Source of the DNA: a virus
Strand: one strand, 5' to 3'
DNA length: 64,000 bases
IMG/VR virus record: IMGVR_UViG_3300048592_000244
Coordinates: 32,001 to 96,000 of that record
How positions within the stretch are numbered: position 1 is the first letter of the stretch; each line of letters begins with the position of its first letter. This document shows, in pieces, positions 63,710 to 64,000 of this stretch. A program made the translations under genes and the position numbers. The notes under the pieces are model-generated. The model was given only the letters and a program-made list of their open reading frames with translations. It did not search any database and was not told the origin of the DNA.

Positions 63710-64000
63710 ATGACCAACCATCCGCCCTTCCAGCGGCCTGATCGTTTCGTGCCTTGGGACAGCGAAATGATCGCCCAGCTTCCATCCGGCCAGAGCCGGG
63801 CGTGGTTCGTCACGCTTGACCAGCACGGTGAAGTCAGCACTGGCCGGGTGCTGAACATAGACACCCGCCGTGAGTACGTCTGGTTTGTCGCAGCCAACGG
63901 TAAGATCACTGTCGAGGCAGAGGTGCCGAAGCATGTGGTCAAGACTGTGCGGAGTCTGCTGGTGCGTCCGAAGCGAGACGAACTGACTGAGGCAGCCAAG
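63710..64000 (+). CDS. hypothetical early protein, truncated by the window edge (MTNHPPFQRPDRFVPW...)
   Basis: GAGG RBS; frame open to the end of the window. Confidence 0.65.
   Translation, partial: MTNHPPFQRPDRFVPWDSEMIAQLPSGQSRAWFVTLDQHGEVSTGRVLNIDTRREYVWFVAANGKITVEAEVPKHVVKTVRSLLVRPKRDELTEAAK

Noticed and set aside
1-64000. Stop-codon reassignment, tRNA or rRNA genes, integrase
   Set aside because: TAA, TAG and TGA all end genes with tight packing under code 11; no cloverleaf, rRNA-like sequence or recombinase motifs were found.

Overview
The whole window is part of a GC-rich (roughly 60% by eye) tailed dsDNA bacteriophage genome, most likely a large, long-tailed siphovirus. I found no tail sheath, integrase or repressor. 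Layout: (1) 1-46450, + strand, packaging and virion operon: NUMOD4-HNH, terminase large subunit, small accessory genes, SPP1-like portal, a membrane/lipoprotein/holin cluster, MuF-like minor head protein, scaffold, major capsid, neck, tail tube, a G/GT chaperone with a -1 frameshift, a 2791-aa tape measure, tail tip and fibre genes, and a patatin phospholipase. (2) 46447-56816, - strand, T4-like transcription/recombination block: late-type sigma, RuvC-like, Rad50/Mre11-like pair, 5'-3' exonuclease, UvsX, UvsW, an iteron/hairpin origin, a wHTH initiator-like gene and an HNH. (3) 57094-60146, + strand, helicase and primase. (4) An AT-rich promoter region followed by small early-type genes separated by structured spacers. 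Most notable signals: a near-palindromic 9-mer GGAAWTTCC embedded genome-wide in all three codon phases, while other 6-bp palindromes and CCWGG appear purged; a CGTAGATA motif upstream of late genes, paired with a sigma factor lacking an evident region 4; a ParB/Srx-like domain inserted in the MuF protein; a His-rich tail on the portal; a cell-surface Ig protein with a Gly-Cys-TM-basic sorting tail, hinting at a Planctomycetota or Myxococcota host; and holins plus a late patatin with no recognisable endolysin. All assignments come from motif reading by eye; no database searches were run.
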